From a candidate division FCPU426 bacterium (lineage in GTDB: Bacteria; Oederibacteriota; JAJYGY01; DAIDJD01): a stretch of 26,670 bases of DNA. The DNA lies in NCBI GenBank assembly GCA_040389285.1, contig JAZKAF010000086.1:1-26670 (forward strand), read 5' to 3'. Numbering within the stretch: position 1 is the stretch's first letter; each line of letters starts with the position of its first letter. The position numbers and the translations under genes are program-made. This document shows positions 25,505 through 26,670 of the stretch, one piece after another. Under the pieces are notes generated by a model that did no database searches, was not told the DNA's origin, and saw only the letters and a list, made by a program, of their open reading frames with translations.

Positions 25505-26670
25505 ATGACATTTAAGGAATTTGAGCTCCACGAAAGCCTCCTCAGGGTTCTCCCCGAAATCGGCTTCGAAAATCCAACCCCGATCCAAGAACAGGCCATG
25601 GGGCCCGTGATGCAAGGCCATGACGTTTTGGGCAGCGCCCAGACCGGCACCGGCAAGACCGCGGCCTTCATGTTACCGATCCTGCATCTTTTGCTGAGCG
25701 AATCCTCGCCCAAAAAAGGCATGCGGGTCCTGGTTTTGGAACCTACCCGGGAATTGGCCCTACAAGTGGAAGAGCAGGCCAAGCTCTTCAGCGCCCACAC
25801 CAAACTGCGCAGTGTCTGCGTCTATGGTGGGGTGTCCATGTTGCCGCAGGAAAAAGCCTTTCAGGAGGGCGTCGAGATCATCGCCGCCACCCCGGGACGC
25901 CTGCTGGACCACATGCGCCAGGGGAACGTGGACGCTTCGAACCTCAAGATCCTTGTCCTGGACGAAGTGGACAGGATGCTGGACATGGGCTTTTTGCCCG
26001 ACGTCCGCGCCATCCTGTCGCGGCTGCCAAAGGAGCGCCAAACGCTCTTTTTCTCGGCCACGGTGCCGTTCGAGATCCAGCATCTCTGCGACTCCATGCT
26101 GAAAGACCCCGTGCGTATCGCCATCACGCCGGAACGCAAGACCGCCGAGGGCATCACCCAAAAGGTGTATCCCGTGGTGGACCATTTAAAACCCCTCCTG
26201 CTGCACCGTCTGTTGACGGACGAGCGGGTCAATTCCGCGCTGGTCTTCACCAAGACCAAACAGGGCGCGGACAAAGTCTGCTCCGTGGTGGAGCGGCATG
26301 GTTTTTCCGTGGAACGGATCCACGGCGACCGTAGCCAGAAGGAGCGCCTCGAGGCGCTGACAGCTTTCAAGGAAGGGCGGGCCAAGTTTTTGGTGGCCAC
26401 GGACATCGCCGCGCGCGGCCTGGACGTGGAGGGTATCTCCCATGTCATCAACTACGACCTGCCGGATTCGCCGGACGATTACGTGCACCGCATCGGGCGA
26501 ACCGCCCGCGCTGGCGCCACCGGACACGCCTATTCCCTGATGGCCCCCCGCGAACGAGGGCTCCTTTCCTCCATAGAGCAGCACATCCAAATGAAACTGG
26601 AGATCTGCATGCTCGACGACTTTAAGTACCAAGAAGAACTGGGCCCCCAGCACGAAGTGCGCCAGGGCCA
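25505..26670 (+). CDS. DEAD-box ATP-dependent RNA helicase (RhlE-like), N-terminal ~388 aa; continues past the window's right edge
   Basis: Open frame from the ATG at 25505 to the window end, absent from the ORF track because it has no stop. Q-motif (GFENPTPIQ), motif I (AQTGTGKT), PTRELA, TPGRL, a DEVD variant of motif II, SAT, FLVATDIAARGLD and HRIGRTARAG. Confidence 0.85.
   Translation, partial: MTFKEFELHESLLRVLPEIGFENPTPIQEQAMGPVMQGHDVLGSAQTGTGKTAAFMLPILHLLLSESSPKKGMRVLVLEPTRELALQVEEQAKLFSAHTKLRSVCVYGGVSMLPQEKAFQEGVEIIAATPGRLLDHMRQGNVDASNLKILVLDEVDRMLDMGFLPDVRAILSRLPKERQTLFFSATVPFEIQHLCDSMLKDPVRIAITPERKTAEGITQKVYPVVDHLKPLLLHRLLTDERVNSALVFTKTKQGADKVCSVVERHGFSVERIHGDRSQKERLEALTAFKEGRAKFLVATDIAARGLDVEGISHVINYDLPDSPDDYVHRIGRTARAGATGHAYSLMAPRERGLLSSIEQHIQMKLEICMLDDFKYQEELGPQHEVRQG

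Noticed and set aside
24268-25803. Minus-strand ORFs 24268..24912 and 24913..25803
   Set aside because: Arg/Ala-rich antisense frames to msrAB and to the plus-strand membrane protein. No start signals.
25760-26653. Three minus-strand ORFs at the right end
   Set aside because: Antisense to the DEAD-box helicase frame, which carries every canonical motif.
1-26670. CRISPR arrays, rRNA genes, IS elements or transposases
   Set aside because: No regularly spaced direct repeats, no rRNA-like segments and no transposase- or integrase-like ORFs on either strand.

Overview
Most of this 26.7-kb window is a high-GC bacterial chromosome (over 60% GC by eye) with recognisable housekeeping and catabolic genes.

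**Core genes.**
- Minus strand, left end: folA' (truncated by the window edge), thyA, an SDR oxidoreductase and a triple zinc-ribbon protein.
- Plus strand, diverging from these: an L-rhamnose catabolic operon, rhaB (rhamnulokinase), rhaA (L-rhamnose isomerase) and rhaEW (bifunctional rhamnulose-1-P aldolase / lactaldehyde dehydrogenase). It ends in a strong bidirectional terminator.
- Middle of the window: an Uup-like ABC-F ATPase, an SPFH/stomatin-like protein, a 643-aa secreted protein with a 320-aa Pro/Thr/Ser-rich tandem-repeat linker and a T9SS-type C-terminal sorting domain, two exported hypotheticals (one TPR-like), an AAA+DUF4143 ATPase and a 4-TM membrane protein.
- Right of the tRNA: a periplasmic 5'-nucleotidase, a POTRA-less Omp85-family barrel, a DUF989-like membrane protein, a fused periplasmic msrAB, a membrane protein and the 5' part of a DEAD-box helicase.

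**The accessory island (most interesting region).** A compositionally foreign, AT-rich island (roughly 35-45% GC by eye) lies at about 15.8-19.4 kb.
- It holds six co-oriented minus-strand genes. All encode small proteins with N-terminal signal or TM segments and no recognisable family. One has SH3b-like motifs and one an FG-GAP-like Ca-binding motif.
- It sits directly 3' of a tRNA-Val(CAC) gene that has its own promoter and terminator.
- A DUF4258-like toxin / MqsA-like HTH antitoxin pair lies between the tRNA and the island. The antitoxin lacks the Zn-binding cysteines.
- The TA operon and the AAA+DUF4143 gene at the other island flank share an unusual promoter design. Each has TTGCA(T/G)-N16/17-TAAAAT with a perfect 19-bp TTTAAC-type palindrome in the spacer.
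- Two diverged copies of a 32-36 nt G-rich repeat sit 3' of two island genes.

No integrase, att direct repeat, attC site, CRISPR array or rRNA was found. The island's function is unknown and is the main candidate for an undescribed system.
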